Source of the DNA: a virus
Length of the DNA stretch: 64,000 bases
Direction: 5' to 3' (one strand)
Virus record (IMG/VR): IMGVR_UViG_3300035670_000162
Span: 6,428-70,427 of that record
Positions 29,901-39,441 of this stretch are shown in pieces. A program made the translations under genes and the position numbers. Under the pieces are notes generated by a model. That model was not told where the DNA came from, did no database searches, and saw only the letters and a list, made by a program, of their open reading frames with translations. Numbering within the stretch: position 1 is the stretch's first letter; each line of letters opens with the position of its first letter.

Positions 29901-30822
29901 ATCTTCTGATTTTTCTGTTCAACTTCAGACGAATAAAGTGGTTGTAAAAATTGCAGGGCTGTCTACAAATCTATCCGGAACTCAATCGCTCTGGAGGGCT
30001 GACGATCCTACGACATTAGCTGTTGTGAATTTAGAATCTAATATTGCTTCTAATTCAACATCAATATCTGTTTCTTCAACAACAGATCCCCCATTCTATA
30101 ATGCTGGATATTTAATTATTGATGATGAAATAGTTAAATATTCTTCTAAAACACCTAATTCATTTAATAATGTTGAAAGAGGCATGTTTGGAACAACTGC
30201 CACTTCACACACTGCTGACTCTAAAGTCAGAGAAGTTCGTTATTGGGACCTAAAGTATGACAAAGCTCCTGCTTTTAGAGTAAAAGATCCCTTTATTACT
30301 GGTATTCAATTTGAGACTCCTAATCAAATAGATATTCTTAAATGGAATGCTGGATTTTATGGGGCAGAGTTGATTATAGCTGCTAATACAGGTGTTGAAA
30401 AAGGGTCTTTTGTGTTTGCAGAAGGAACAAACCCATTGACTGAAAAAGTCGCATATACAGCAATTGCTGGAATCCCTGTCCTAATAACTGAGCAGGGTAG
30501 TCAGATAGAAGAGCAAGTCGCGCAGCTTAGTGATAATATTAGGCTTTATGGATTAAAAGAAGTTGTAATAGAAAATAAATTTATTACAAATTTTAATCAT
30601 GGGCAAAAAATAGCGGACTTTATTATAAGCAAAATGAGTACCCCTGTTCCGATCTTAAATATCACTACGATTTTGACTCCAAAAATTGCAATAGGTGACA
30701 GAATTAAAATATCATCCCTTGATGCTTTTGATATAATTAATGGTGAGTATTGGGTTGTTTCTAAATCTATGTCTTATTCAGATTCACCGTCCCAATCAAT
30801 GATGCTGAGAAAGGTGGTGTGA
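26905..30822 (+). CDS. Large tail tip/hub protein with PA14-like and LamG-like domains
   Basis: FDGFYVPPDSG.Q...GVRVFL...LVAGKPYKIRIE (PA14-like); WSNIVVTFDGSSIRYYLNG (LamG-like). Confidence 0.75.
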   Translation: MIEVDIYGKPLSSDFIAKASATAQKLKPKVVAVWLESKHNENLSVSVDSPNNHASTAVGDIGYYFTPEQAMNSFDRQSFTWAVAGAKDFDGKVIRADGSWYTMPSDLSENYEFGWWSGSVSTSNANTTYGGYSFANNPTVTFNFDSRPCNLVRVSTSEFNGPVHTYKITVRSSDSGAPNPLYTEIITIPDDSYYYDHFIPPSLISGNSNEFINVNEVEIEVITTKNPLDYARLQEVNVIFESDVSDDIISLDMEKTRDLHVTELPIAGGSSSSISISLDNTSKDYNIFNSSSKYGPYIKKNVKLKSTIGWQIKKNNDLYVDQVLLSNISSTSNTISIASNSDFPDGGVGNSFIVIIDPENYTREYVLVSSKSGSSVLNVEQRGFNNSKARDHSAGTMVRFETFEYPAFSESWVDEWSSDTDSMTLSAASTDWTKFASEKVITNGFFIEKAVVADAVRDLLLTTNFPKKKFKALNLYNKSALEKNAILHLNFSETVSDRSGTSIPIKNGLRSRFFSMPMSQYNKVKDITADALDRELSELEKALGNTSFNSADYTANSSEISSNTSNALDLIDFIFNDLSGEQVDSYYNMVFDGFYVPPDSGNQYLGIAIAHGGVRVFLEDILILDEFFLHPVAEGVYEDIQSSLLNLVAGKPYKIRIECFHTVSSNATDKFSVYLQYAIGSNPLTIVPASNVYTMASLDMVGAVDAPYTAGSLDRGKVTNNGIYIGEALIGNDGGLVSSSENFSVKFESGKYMRLPYDLSIDMSNSSSSNYTGEWSVEINVKPETGSEAGFSGDGDYISSFDSSTPAGGFEFYNNSNNGFKIKTSSGVETVSASGALPTDGWSNIVVTFDGSSIRYYLNGVLEDTTVLTGSISSWNNLDICFGGRNAYYLVGTGEVPPAAIRPFYADQFIIYRSCLNQESVSDRYTEVKMQPLTVYPFLYGNEASVRDVIEEITLSDLGRFYIDEQGFGKYEHFYAFFEPSIDVHANVQQIINDNSHIISSDFSVQLQTNKVVVKIAGLSTNLSGTQSLWRADDPTTLAVVNLESNIASNSTSISVSSTTDPPFYNAGYLIIDDEIVKYSSKTPNSFNNVERGMFGTTATSHTADSKVREVRYWDLKYDKAPAFRVKDPFITGIQFETPNQIDILKWNAGFYGAELIIAANTGVEKGSFVFAEGTNPLTEKVAYTAIAGIPVLITEQGSQIEEQVAQLSDNIRLYGLKEVVIENKFITNFNHGQKIADFIISKMSTPVPILNITTILTPKIAIGDRIKISSLDAFDIINGEYWVVSKSMSYSDSPSQSMMLRKVV

Positions 30823-32381
30823 TGCCTAGATATACGATCAATTCAAATTCGTCTGGCAGTTCGTCTAGTGCTATAAGCGAAAACAGTGTTGTTTTTTATG
30901 ACGCTGGCGGTCATTCGCATGACGGAATAAATTCTACTCTGATCGATTTTACAAAATATAGTATTTGGGATTTTGCAATTGATAAAATTCCAACAACAAA
31001 TCCAAGGCTGTCTAGGCAGGTCACAAATATTGAAAGATTCAAGTCTTTTATTGTCAATACTGTAAACACAAATGTTTTAGAGCCAGCAGGTATAACTTTA
31101 GGTGAAAATGTTATAACTGGTTATAACATTGTTTCAAATTCAATAACAACAAATCAACTTGCTACTGATTCTATTAAGAGTTTAAATTATTCAAATCCAT
31201 CTTCAAACATATACTCAGATGTGGGAACATTTTTAGATTTGGATAATGGAGACATAATTAGTTCTAATTTTTCTTTTGTGTCTGGAACTTTAAACCTTAA
31301 AGGCAACCTTCTTGGAAATAAAAATGGTTATTCGGATTCAACCGCCGGATTTTTTTTAGGTCTTGATAGTGGACAGTATAAAATAAATTTTGGTGATTCG
31401 ACTGATTACCTTAAATGGGACGGTTCTTCTCTAGATATTAGCGGAGCAGTGACTGGTGGCACTATCGACATTGGAGGTAGTGATTCATCCTCTTTTCATG
31501 TTGATTCTTCTGGCAACATGTGGCTTGGTGCTGGCACTTTTGCTAATGGTGTTTTTAAAGTTTCATCTTCTGGCGTACTTACTGTTAAAGGTTCTGGTGG
31601 GTACGATGATCTCCAGATATCAACAGGTCAAATTTTATTGGGTAGTGGCGCTAATATATATGGGACTACTGGGACATTGTGGCTTACTGGCACTTATGTT
31701 AGCACGGTTGCAACAGATATAATACTTCAAACAGGAGATCCATTTATTAGAGGTAATGCTGTTAGTGTTGGATTTTCAAGTATTTCAACAGCATATACAG
31801 TTACTGCAAACTCAAGTTCAGCTTCTGAACCAGCTTTTGGATTTAATAGTGACACTAATACTGGTATATTTAGCCCTAGTGCAGATAATTTAGCTATCTC
31901 TACAGGTGGTGTTGAGAGATTAAGAATTCAAGACAATGGCAATGTGCTTCTTCAGACAAGCGGTGCTACTATGGGTTTAAATCCACCGACTGGATCTGGT
32001 TCACTATGCGAACTTGTTAACGCTTTTGGGTTTTATTTTATATACAGAGATACATCTCTTTCTGGAACAAAAGAAAATATACAAGAAGTAGGCGAATGGT
32101 TGGTTCCGGATATGATTGACCAAATAAACCCGCTTCTGTGGAATAGGAAGACAGCCCCTGGGATACCTGAGATTGGCCCTATGGCTGAAGACATGGAGGC
32201 TATCTCGCCCTTCCTAGTTGCTTGCGGTATTGATTTGGATGAGCATGGCGAAGTGGTTAAAACTTTAGAAGGTATTAATATTAAATCTTGGATTAATTTG
32301 TTGACTATAGGATTACAGGATGCTAGATCTAGAATTACTGAATTGGAAGAGACTGTCTCCCAGCTTCGTGGTACTGTTTAG
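30819..32381 (+). CDS. Tail fibre/spike with C-terminal S74-like intramolecular chaperone
   Basis: F..DTNTGIF....D.LAISTGG.ER; TS...KENI...IGPMAEDM...LQ..RI.ELE. Confidence 0.72.
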   Translation: MMPRYTINSNSSGSSSSAISENSVVFYDAGGHSHDGINSTLIDFTKYSIWDFAIDKIPTTNPRLSRQVTNIERFKSFIVNTVNTNVLEPAGITLGENVITGYNIVSNSITTNQLATDSIKSLNYSNPSSNIYSDVGTFLDLDNGDIISSNFSFVSGTLNLKGNLLGNKNGYSDSTAGFFLGLDSGQYKINFGDSTDYLKWDGSSLDISGAVTGGTIDIGGSDSSSFHVDSSGNMWLGAGTFANGVFKVSSSGVLTVKGSGGYDDLQISTGQILLGSGANIYGTTGTLWLTGTYVSTVATDIILQTGDPFIRGNAVSVGFSSISTAYTVTANSSSASEPAFGFNSDTNTGIFSPSADNLAISTGGVERLRIQDNGNVLLQTSGATMGLNPPTGSGSLCELVNAFGFYFIYRDTSLSGTKENIQEVGEWLVPDMIDQINPLLWNRKTAPGIPEIGPMAEDMEAISPFLVACGIDLDEHGEVVKTLEGINIKSWINLLTIGLQDARSRITELEETVSQLRGTV

Positions 32382-32417
32382 TTTTCTAACTATTTTTGGG
32401 GTATAATAGAAGTTATC

Positions 32418-33074
32418 ATGGCTTACGAAAATTATAGATTTATAAATTGGGCAACAGGTACACCTATTACTGGTGAAAGACTTTCTCAAATGTCTACAAA
32501 TATTGAGCAAGTTAAACTTGCCACAGACGATAGACCTCAAGGTCTTTTGAAGTATTCAAAATTGACATCTTTGACAACTTATCCAAGCGAAGATGTTGCA
32601 GAGAATGTCTTAGTTTATTTAAGAGATGACAGCCCAGCGAGTGCTGACAACAGAGTAAACGCAGATGCCAATAGGTATATAAGGCTTAATGTCACCATGC
32701 CTGGAATCAGAGTATCAGCAAGAGGCGCGGAAGACACTAAGTATGAGCTAAATATAAAACAAGGCACAGTTTCTCCGTTAACTGTCGCTAAATTTTATTT
32801 AAATCCACATTTATTTGGATTTTATGATGTTTCATCAAACACATCTACTGAAACAGTTTCTGTTAGAAGTTCTGGAAATGACGTTTTTTTTGGTGCCGGT
32901 TCATATTCCGCCATCATAAATACTTCAGTTTCTGGCCTTACAAATGAAGAATTTTATGTTTCTATTCAAAGATTTGCAAACTCTGATATAACAAACGCTC
33001 CATCGTATTCTATAATGGCATCGTCAACTTCTCCTTTAGAATTTTATGCTGAAGATATCGGAGGTACTTCGTAA
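32418..33074 (+). CDS. Minor tail/virion protein
   Basis: W..GTPITGERL.QM.TNI N-terminal anchor motif. Confidence 0.6.
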   Translation: MAYENYRFINWATGTPITGERLSQMSTNIEQVKLATDDRPQGLLKYSKLTSLTTYPSEDVAENVLVYLRDDSPASADNRVNADANRYIRLNVTMPGIRVSARGAEDTKYELNIKQGTVSPLTVAKFYLNPHLFGFYDVSSNTSTETVSVRSSGNDVFFGAGSYSAIINTSVSGLTNEEFYVSIQRFANSDITNAPSYSIMASSTSPLEFYAEDIGGTS

Positions 33075-33076
33075 GT

Positions 33077-33502
33077 ATGGCATTAGCCTCTCAACGTAAT
33101 GACATTGAATGGAAAGATGGATACGTAAAGGCTAGTGATGCGCCTGGGTTTAAGGGTGGCAGATATATTGATGATAAGGGTTATGTAAAAATTCTTAGAC
33201 CTGAGCACCCAAAAAATATTCGTGGCTATATTTATGAGCATAGAGCTGTAATGGAAAAATACTTGGGAAGAATGTTGCTCCCTTGGGAAACTGTTCATCA
33301 CATTAATGAAATTAAAGTTGATAACAGAGTTGAAAATTTATTTCTTTGTACTCCTCAGGAACATAGTGCTATTCATAGAGAAGGTAAAAAGCCATCGATA
33401 GCTCATAAAAATAAAATGAGAGAAGTAGCAAAAAGTAATAAACCTCACTTAAAAAAAAGAAATAGTGGCAACAGACCTCCAAGAGAAAAATTCTCAATTT
33501 GA
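33077..33502 (+). CDS. HNH endonuclease (free-standing)
   Basis: YIYEHRAVME..LGR.L...E.VHHINEIK.DNR.ENL. Confidence 0.88.
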   Translation: MALASQRNDIEWKDGYVKASDAPGFKGGRYIDDKGYVKILRPEHPKNIRGYIYEHRAVMEKYLGRMLLPWETVHHINEIKVDNRVENLFLCTPQEHSAIHREGKKPSIAHKNKMREVAKSNKPHLKKRNSGNRPPREKFSI

Positions 33503-33610
33503 CACACATCTGCACGCAGTCGGTGGTACTCTACTAATTAGTACACCATGACGCGTATTGTATACACCTACAGAACCGTCACATGAATATATACGCGTAC
33601 AGGAGTTTTT

Positions 33611-34783
33611 GTGAAAACATGTCAAGCAGATGGTTGCAGATTACAATTTGAGCCTAACTCTGCGAATCAAAAATATGCAGATCCGTCTTGCAGAAAAAGT
33701 ATTGATTCGCTGGGAATCTGTAAGTTAAGAAAAGAGATTGGACTTGTAGAGATGCCTAAAGATGTATTGTCGGATGAAGTTCCGACGTCTGATTCAGACC
33801 TTCGTATTGCTTATACCAAGCTTGTTCAGGAATATGAAAAGCTTAAGTCTAAAAAGGATGATCTTGCTGATGCAGTTTATAGAGCAGTGATTGATACTAA
33901 GATTACACCACAAGCTGAACCAACACCTTCGCCGGTGAAGGTTAGGAAGAGAACCTCTTCAACTGAAGAGGTTGCTGTTGCGGTTATTGCTGACTGGCAG
34001 CTTGCTAAAATTACGCCAGACTATAATTCAGAAATATGTGAAAAGCGTATAGAGCAGTATGCTAATAAGATCATTGATCTAACTAATATCCAGAGAGCAG
34101 ATCATCCAGTTAATAAGCTGCATGTTTGGGCGTTGGGTGATATTGTTGAAGGTGAGCTTATTTTTCCAGGTCAATCTTTTCTGGTTGATGGGGGCTTGTA
34201 CCGTCAAGTAACTGTTGATGGCCCCAGGATTCTTAAAAATTTCCTCTCAAAGATGCTTGATAATTTTGATCAAGTTCATTTTACTGGAGTAATTGGTAAT
34301 CATGGAGCAATTGGCGGCCGAGGTCGTCGTGATCACGATCCAGAAACAAATGCTGACAGAATGCTGTATAGGATTGTAGATTGGATCTTTGAGAAAGAAA
34401 AGCGAATTACTTTTGATATCCCAGATGGTCGTGGGGAGAAGCATTGGTTCGCTGTGCCTGCAATTGGTAATTATAAGACTTTGCTTTGTCACGGCGATCA
34501 GTTCAATGGTTTGTCATCTTTCTATTCTTTCCAGAAGAAAGTGTATGGCTGGAAAGTTGGCGCTTTAGGTGAAGATTTTGATGATGTTTATATTGGGCAC
34601 TGGCATACTCCAACTAAAATGACATTTAACACTATTCAGGTTAGAGTTTCAGGAAGCCCGGAGTCGACAAACACTTATGCTATGGAAAGTTTAGCGGCTA
34701 TAGGCCGTCCTTCACAGCCTTTGATGTTTGTTCACCCAGAAAAGGGTATAGTTACAGCTGAATATAACTGCTGGCTAGATTAG
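33611..34783 (+). CDS. Calcineurin-like metallophosphoesterase with Cys-containing N-terminus
   Basis: ADWQ, GDIVEG, GNHG, HGD, GHWH motifs. Confidence 0.85.
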   Translation: MKTCQADGCRLQFEPNSANQKYADPSCRKSIDSLGICKLRKEIGLVEMPKDVLSDEVPTSDSDLRIAYTKLVQEYEKLKSKKDDLADAVYRAVIDTKITPQAEPTPSPVKVRKRTSSTEEVAVAVIADWQLAKITPDYNSEICEKRIEQYANKIIDLTNIQRADHPVNKLHVWALGDIVEGELIFPGQSFLVDGGLYRQVTVDGPRILKNFLSKMLDNFDQVHFTGVIGNHGAIGGRGRRDHDPETNADRMLYRIVDWIFEKEKRITFDIPDGRGEKHWFAVPAIGNYKTLLCHGDQFNGLSSFYSFQKKVYGWKVGALGEDFDDVYIGHWHTPTKMTFNTIQVRVSGSPESTNTYAMESLAAIGRPSQPLMFVHPEKGIVTAEYNCWLD

Positions 34784-34791
34784 GAGAAAAA

Positions 34792-34989
34792 ATGAGAAAT
34801 TTATATATTGATATGGCAGAAAGAGCGCTATGGACTGCCGTTCAGGCTTTTATTGCAGTTTGGATCATAGGCGACCCAAGCAGCGCTAAGTCTGCAGCAA
34901 TCGCTGGTGTTGCTGCAGCGCTCAGTGTCGTCAAGGGGTTTGCAGCCTCTAGGATTGGCGATAAGGAAAGCGCAGCCACTTTGCGATAA
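34792..34989 (+). CDS. r1t-like holin
   Basis: AERALWTAVQAFIA...AAALSVVK, two hydrophobic helices. Confidence 0.8.
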   Translation: MRNLYIDMAERALWTAVQAFIAVWIIGDPSSAKSAAIAGVAAALSVVKGFAASRIGDKESAATLR

Positions 34990-35037
34990 TTCTGTTGTTT
35001 TAGCCCCTCCGCACAAGAACTGTGATAAAATATTCAT

Positions 35038-35226
35038 ATGGATATTAAAGTCAAAATTCCTTTGAAATGTTCAAAGTGTGGAGGGGCTAAATACATTGAT
35101 GAGCCTTATCTTATTTCTGATACTTGGTTTGTTGATATTGTCTGTTTAAGCTGTGGTGACACCAAGATTGTTGAGCAATCTTTCTTGAAAAGTTTTATAT
35201 CTAAACTTCAAGGTGGTGTCTCATAG
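35038..35226 (+). CDS. Small zinc-ribbon protein
   Basis: CSKCGG...CLSCG. Confidence 0.7.
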   Translation: MDIKVKIPLKCSKCGGAKYIDEPYLISDTWFVDIVCLSCGDTKIVEQSFLKSFISKLQGGVS

Positions 35227-35669
35227 TGCTAACAGATAAAATTATTGTTAACAAATTTTACCTTTATGCTGGAGACATTCATAAAGTTAAAAAAATCCAA
35301 AAATCAAAAAATAAGATTATTTTGCAAAATATTAAATCTCTTAACTGTGTGGAGATGCCTATTGAAGGATCAGATCTTTTACTTGTTAGACTTTATACAA
35401 TTGGTGAGGTTTCAAAAATTGTTGAAAGGCGGGCTGACACGATAAGAAAATATGAAAAAAGCGGCCTCTTGGAGAAGCCGACGGAGTATAGTGGCTACGA
35501 TTCCTACAGTAGCTGGAGGTTCTATACAACTAAAGAAGTCCGTTACATTATGGATTTCTTTTCAGATCGCACTCCAGGCAGACCTTCAAGTCATCTCCAT
35601 ACATCTTGGAATGATTTGAAGTTACAAAATTTAAACAATAAAGTAACCACAATTAATAGGAGTTTTTAA
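35226..35669 (+). CDS. MerR-like HTH DNA-binding protein
   Basis: YTIGEVSKIVER.ADTIRKYEKSGLL...WRFYT. Confidence 0.8.
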   Translation: MLTDKIIVNKFYLYAGDIHKVKKIQKSKNKIILQNIKSLNCVEMPIEGSDLLLVRLYTIGEVSKIVERRADTIRKYEKSGLLEKPTEYSGYDSYSSWRFYTTKEVRYIMDFFSDRTPGRPSSHLHTSWNDLKLQNLNNKVTTINRSF

Positions 35670-35670
35670 A

Positions 35671-35874
35671 TTGGAAAATTCAAATGTAGAAATCTGGGCA
35701 TCAATTGGTATTACTAAGAATCTTGGTAACTACGAATCTCTTCGGCTTGACGCTGGTGCCAGAGTTAAGGCGTCGTCGGAAAATGATGAAAAAGCATGGG
35801 CTGAATTGTGGAGGGCTGTCGATGAGCAAATTGAGTCTAGGCTTCGGGAGCTAGATAGCGAAAATGGTAGCTGA
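35671..35874 (+). CDS. Conserved small phage protein
   Basis: GITKNLGNYESLRLD motif; TTG start with SD AGGAG. Confidence 0.7.
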   Translation: MENSNVEIWASIGITKNLGNYESLRLDAGARVKASSENDEKAWAELWRAVDEQIESRLRELDSENGS

Positions 35875-36160
35875 CTGGCTTTCAGAGGCTTTATGCAATA
35901 ACCATGTAAACCAATCATATTGGATTTCCTCTAATTATGAGGAGATTAAAATTGCAAAATCAATCTGTGAGAAATGCCCTGTCCGACTAGAATGCCTGTA
36001 TTCAGCAATTTATGAAAAATCAGAATTTGTCGGTGTCAACGGCGGACTATCTGAGATAGAGTTCCTTATAAGGACATGGGAGGAAGCGGAGTCGGAAGAT
36101 GAAACTAACTGGAAGCGATCTGATCAACTTATTCAGGGACTGTTCAGAGAAATCGCATAA
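35864..36160 (+). CDS. whiB: WhiB-family Fe-S transcription factor
   Basis: W..EALC...AKSICEKCPVRLECL...GVNGG. Confidence 0.85.
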   Translation: MVADWLSEALCNNHVNQSYWISSNYEEIKIAKSICEKCPVRLECLYSAIYEKSEFVGVNGGLSEIEFLIRTWEEAESEDETNWKRSDQLIQGLFREIA

Positions 36161-36404
36161 ATTATTTATTCCGGACAACCCTCGTCAGTCAGAGATAGCT
36201 GATAGCCTTGTTAAGCACTATGATGGCGAGTTGCTTGAAAAAGCTGTAAAGTGGTATTTTGAAAATAGGCAAGGTCCATTTCTTATTTTTGATTTTGCCA
36301 TTGAATCAAGGCAGATTGTTGAAAAAGTAAAATATGAAAACGAAGCTAAGCTTCGCTTTCAAGATATCGTAGAAGAAACCCGTAAAAGATTGGAAAACTC
36401 TTGA
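36099..36404 (+). CDS. Hypothetical protein upstream of helicase (possible loader)
   Basis: 101-aa ORF overlapping both neighbours. Confidence 0.6.
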   Translation: MKLTGSDLINLFRDCSEKSHKLFIPDNPRQSEIADSLVKHYDGELLEKAVKWYFENRQGPFLIFDFAIESRQIVEKVKYENEAKLRFQDIVEETRKRLENS

Positions 36405-37621
36405 ACTACGAAATCAAACTGTTGAATTCAATTATTGATTCAACAAATTATGTTGACGCTGTCAACTCAGGTGTTGAAAATGTTTTTGTTCAATATCGTG
36501 ATGTGTGGAACTTTATCGTTTCTCATTACGATGATCATAAAAAGGTTCCATCCAAAGATACAGTAAAGTCACATTTCTCAGACTTTGAATACATGAATAC
36601 TCCTGAACCTTTGGAGTATTATGTTGATCTTGCTAAAAAGGAGTCGCTGGCCTTTCAGACAAGGCAGATTGTTGCAAAAGCTCACTCTTTAATTGGTGAG
36701 ATGGGTCCTAAAGAAGCTCTCTCCTACTTGATGGAGAGCACCAGTAAACTTTATAAGTATTCAAGTGCTTTAAAAGATACTGATCTTGTTGGAGAGTGGC
36801 GAGATAGATATGATGATCTTCTTGAAAGATCTAAAAATCCAGATAAGCAGTATGTAGGGATACCTAGTGGGATTGATGTCATTGATAAGACTTTTGGTGG
36901 ATGGCAAGAGGGCGACTTCATTGTACTACTTGGCTGGACTGGCGTAGGTAAGTCGTTTATTGCGAGGCTCTTTGCGGTTAACGCATGGCGTGCTGGCTAC
37001 CGACCTATGATCATTTCTCTTGAGATGAATAAGAAGCAAGAAGGTCAACGGCTTGATACTTTGCTTAATAATGGTGAGGGGTATTTCACCAATACAGACT
37101 TGATTAAAGCTAATCCATCAATTGTTGGAACCTATGAAGGCTGGGCTGAGCAAACATTTGGTGGTAAGCAGCCTATTTACTTGATCACATCAGAGGGTCT
37201 TGAAACTGCAGACCAGAATATGGTTCAGGCTAAGATTGACCAGTATCAGCCTGATCTTGTTATTCTTGACTATCATGGCCTTTTTGACGATGCGACTGGT
37301 GCAAGAAATGAAACTGAAAAGGCAAAAAATCTATCAAAGGCATTTAAGAGAATCGCTGTAAAAAACAATGTGCCGATTATCGATGTTGCTGCTGTAACGA
37401 TGTCTGACGGTCATGGCGATAGACCTCCTGAACTTGAAGAAGTCGCCTGGTCTAAGCAATTGGCTTATGATGCCGATCTTGTGTTGGCGATTCACAGAGA
37501 ATTTAACTCTGATCTTTTTCAAGTTGTTTCGAGAAAAGTTCGTAGGGCAACACACTTCGGCTTTTATTTAAGATGGGATCTTGAGACAGGAAAGTGGGGT
37601 GAAGAATGGGACGTAGGGTAA
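36401..37621 (+). CDS. dnaB: DnaB-like replicative helicase
   Basis: Walker A GWTGVGKS, ISLEM, VILDY, YDADLV. Confidence 0.92.
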   Translation: MNYEIKLLNSIIDSTNYVDAVNSGVENVFVQYRDVWNFIVSHYDDHKKVPSKDTVKSHFSDFEYMNTPEPLEYYVDLAKKESLAFQTRQIVAKAHSLIGEMGPKEALSYLMESTSKLYKYSSALKDTDLVGEWRDRYDDLLERSKNPDKQYVGIPSGIDVIDKTFGGWQEGDFIVLLGWTGVGKSFIARLFAVNAWRAGYRPMIISLEMNKKQEGQRLDTLLNNGEGYFTNTDLIKANPSIVGTYEGWAEQTFGGKQPIYLITSEGLETADQNMVQAKIDQYQPDLVILDYHGLFDDATGARNETEKAKNLSKAFKRIAVKNNVPIIDVAAVTMSDGHGDRPPELEEVAWSKQLAYDADLVLAIHREFNSDLFQVVSRKVRRATHFGFYLRWDLETGKWGEEWDVG

Positions 37622-37800
37622 ACGATAATGTTGTCCATGTAGAATGCGGAGAGGCTGTTGATATTGAAGCAGTCGTACGTTTACGGCAATGGATTGAAGA
37701 TATTATTAGTGAAAAGGTTGAGTTTTCAAAGACAAACTTAATCACAGACTATGATCGTGAGAGGCAACTCTTTGGATTCAAAATTGTTTTCATCGGGTAA
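37606..37800 (+). CDS. Small hypothetical protein
   Basis: ORF bridging helicase and primase. Confidence 0.5.
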   Translation: MGRRVNDNVVHVECGEAVDIEAVVRLRQWIEDIISEKVEFSKTNLITDYDRERQLFGFKIVFIG

Positions 37801-38701
37801 TATACAAAAGTCAGTATTAGATCTTTTAAATAGCAATAATATTGAAGTTCATACGCAGTCCGGTACTGAGGTTGCGATATATTGCCCATTTCATGACAAT
37901 ACTAATAGTCCTGCTTGCTACATAAATTTAAAAACAGGATTGTGGCAATGCTTCAACCCCTCTTGCGGCAAAAAAGGTAATTTTAGACAGCTTTATAAGC
38001 ATATTACTGGTAAAACATTTAGTAAAGAGTGGATTCTTGATCCTATCAATCTGCAAAGACAGTTGGACTCGTATTTAGATGAGACTGCTCAATCAGAGAC
38101 GCTTTCAATAGAATCTGTTGCGATTGATTATTCATCTTTAGATTCTTTAGATAAACTATCAACTCTTATTGATAGAGGGTTTAGTTTAGAAACTCTGGAG
38201 CATTTCGAGATAGGGTATTCAAAAGTTAAAGATAGGATAACGATACCTGTTCGTGATTCGCAGTATAAGCTTGTTGGTTTGATAGGCCGTGCAATTCATG
38301 AATGGCAAGATCCAAGATATCTATACAACAAAAGCTTCAGAAGAGCTGACGTATTATTCAATATACAGAATGCTAAACTGTTTGACTCTGTAATTGTCTG
38401 TGAAGGGAGTTTAGATGCTATAAAAGTAAAACAATCTGGTTTTGAAAACGTTGTAGCAACTCTTGGAGCTAAAGTTTCACATAATCAGATTAGTCTAATG
38501 AGTAAATATTTTGATCAAATCATCATATTTTCTGACAATGATGATGCAGGACGCGAGATGCAGCGTGTTATAATTGATCAATGCTGTGGCAAGGACTTGT
38601 TTACCGTTAAAATACCTGACGGCATAAAAGATCCTGGCGACATGACAGAGCATCAAATACAGGATGCTATCATTAATAAAATAAATCACATTGGAGTATA
38701 A
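37751..38701 (+). CDS. dnaG: DNA primase (CHC2 zinc finger plus TOPRIM); start uncertain
   Basis: CPFHD...CF..SC; VCEGSLDA; DNDDAG; KDPGD. Confidence 0.9.
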   Translation: MIVRGNSLDSKLFSSGNIQKSVLDLLNSNNIEVHTQSGTEVAIYCPFHDNTNSPACYINLKTGLWQCFNPSCGKKGNFRQLYKHITGKTFSKEWILDPINLQRQLDSYLDETAQSETLSIESVAIDYSSLDSLDKLSTLIDRGFSLETLEHFEIGYSKVKDRITIPVRDSQYKLVGLIGRAIHEWQDPRYLYNKSFRRADVLFNIQNAKLFDSVIVCEGSLDAIKVKQSGFENVVATLGAKVSHNQISLMSKYFDQIIIFSDNDDAGREMQRVIIDQCCGKDLFTVKIPDGIKDPGDMTEHQIQDAIINKINHIGV

Positions 38702-38702
38702 A

Positions 38703-39347
38703 ATGACATTTTCAAGCATTAAAACACTTAAGGATATCGAAAAGAGCATCCCCCAGTCAGGTTCTTCTGGGGGGACTGGTAAGAAGTTTTTCAACCTTCA
38801 ATCAGGAGACACTTACAGAATCAGATTCCTGCAAGAGCTTACAGAGGATTCTCGCGGGTACAGTGAAGACGCAGGGACAGGCATTGTTGTTCCTGTAGTT
38901 ACATCACCAATCAATTGGAAGTGGCGGTGCGCCTCTACTTTATCAATGGCTGAGCATGGCTATCGGTGCTGGGCTTCTGAGCAGATTAATCAGGATTCAC
39001 GCTGGCGTCCGAAGCCTCATCTTCTAATCAACGTTGCTGTTGAGATTGATGGGGTTTGGGAGTCTCGTATTCTTGATACAACTTTCAACCAGCGACATGT
39101 TGGCCTGATGATCATGGAGTACGCTAAGGAATTTGGTACGATTACAAATCAGACTTTTAAGTATAGCCGTACCGGGTCCGGCGCTCAGGATACAAATTAC
39201 AGCTTGATCCCGCTGGGAGCGTCTGATCCTGACCCGTCAATTGCAAATCTTCCGCTTCATCAGCTCGACAATGTTTACATGGTGCTTGCTTATGAAAAGC
39301 AGAAGACGTTTTTGACGACTGGTGAATTTAACGTAGACAGTTGGTGA
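38703..39347 (+). CDS. Single-stranded DNA-binding protein (gp32-like)
   Basis: RIRFLQE...KYSRTGSG..DTNYSL; position after primase. Confidence 0.7.
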   Translation: MTFSSIKTLKDIEKSIPQSGSSGGTGKKFFNLQSGDTYRIRFLQELTEDSRGYSEDAGTGIVVPVVTSPINWKWRCASTLSMAEHGYRCWASEQINQDSRWRPKPHLLINVAVEIDGVWESRILDTTFNQRHVGLMIMEYAKEFGTITNQTFKYSRTGSGAQDTNYSLIPLGASDPDPSIANLPLHQLDNVYMVLAYEKQKTFLTTGEFNVDSW

Positions 39348-39350
39348 TTT

Positions 39351-39418
39351 TGGTATCATAAAGTTTTGTGGGCGGTGTGTCTTGCATTATTCACTTTATC
39401 GCTTTGCGGACGCCCACA
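39351..39418 (+). promoter_or_regulatory. Extended -10 promoter followed by a leader hairpin
   Basis: TGGTATCAT then TGTGGGCG...CGCCCACA inverted repeat. Confidence 0.55.
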
Positions 39419-39441
39419 TTCTTTAATTTTTTGAGGTAATT

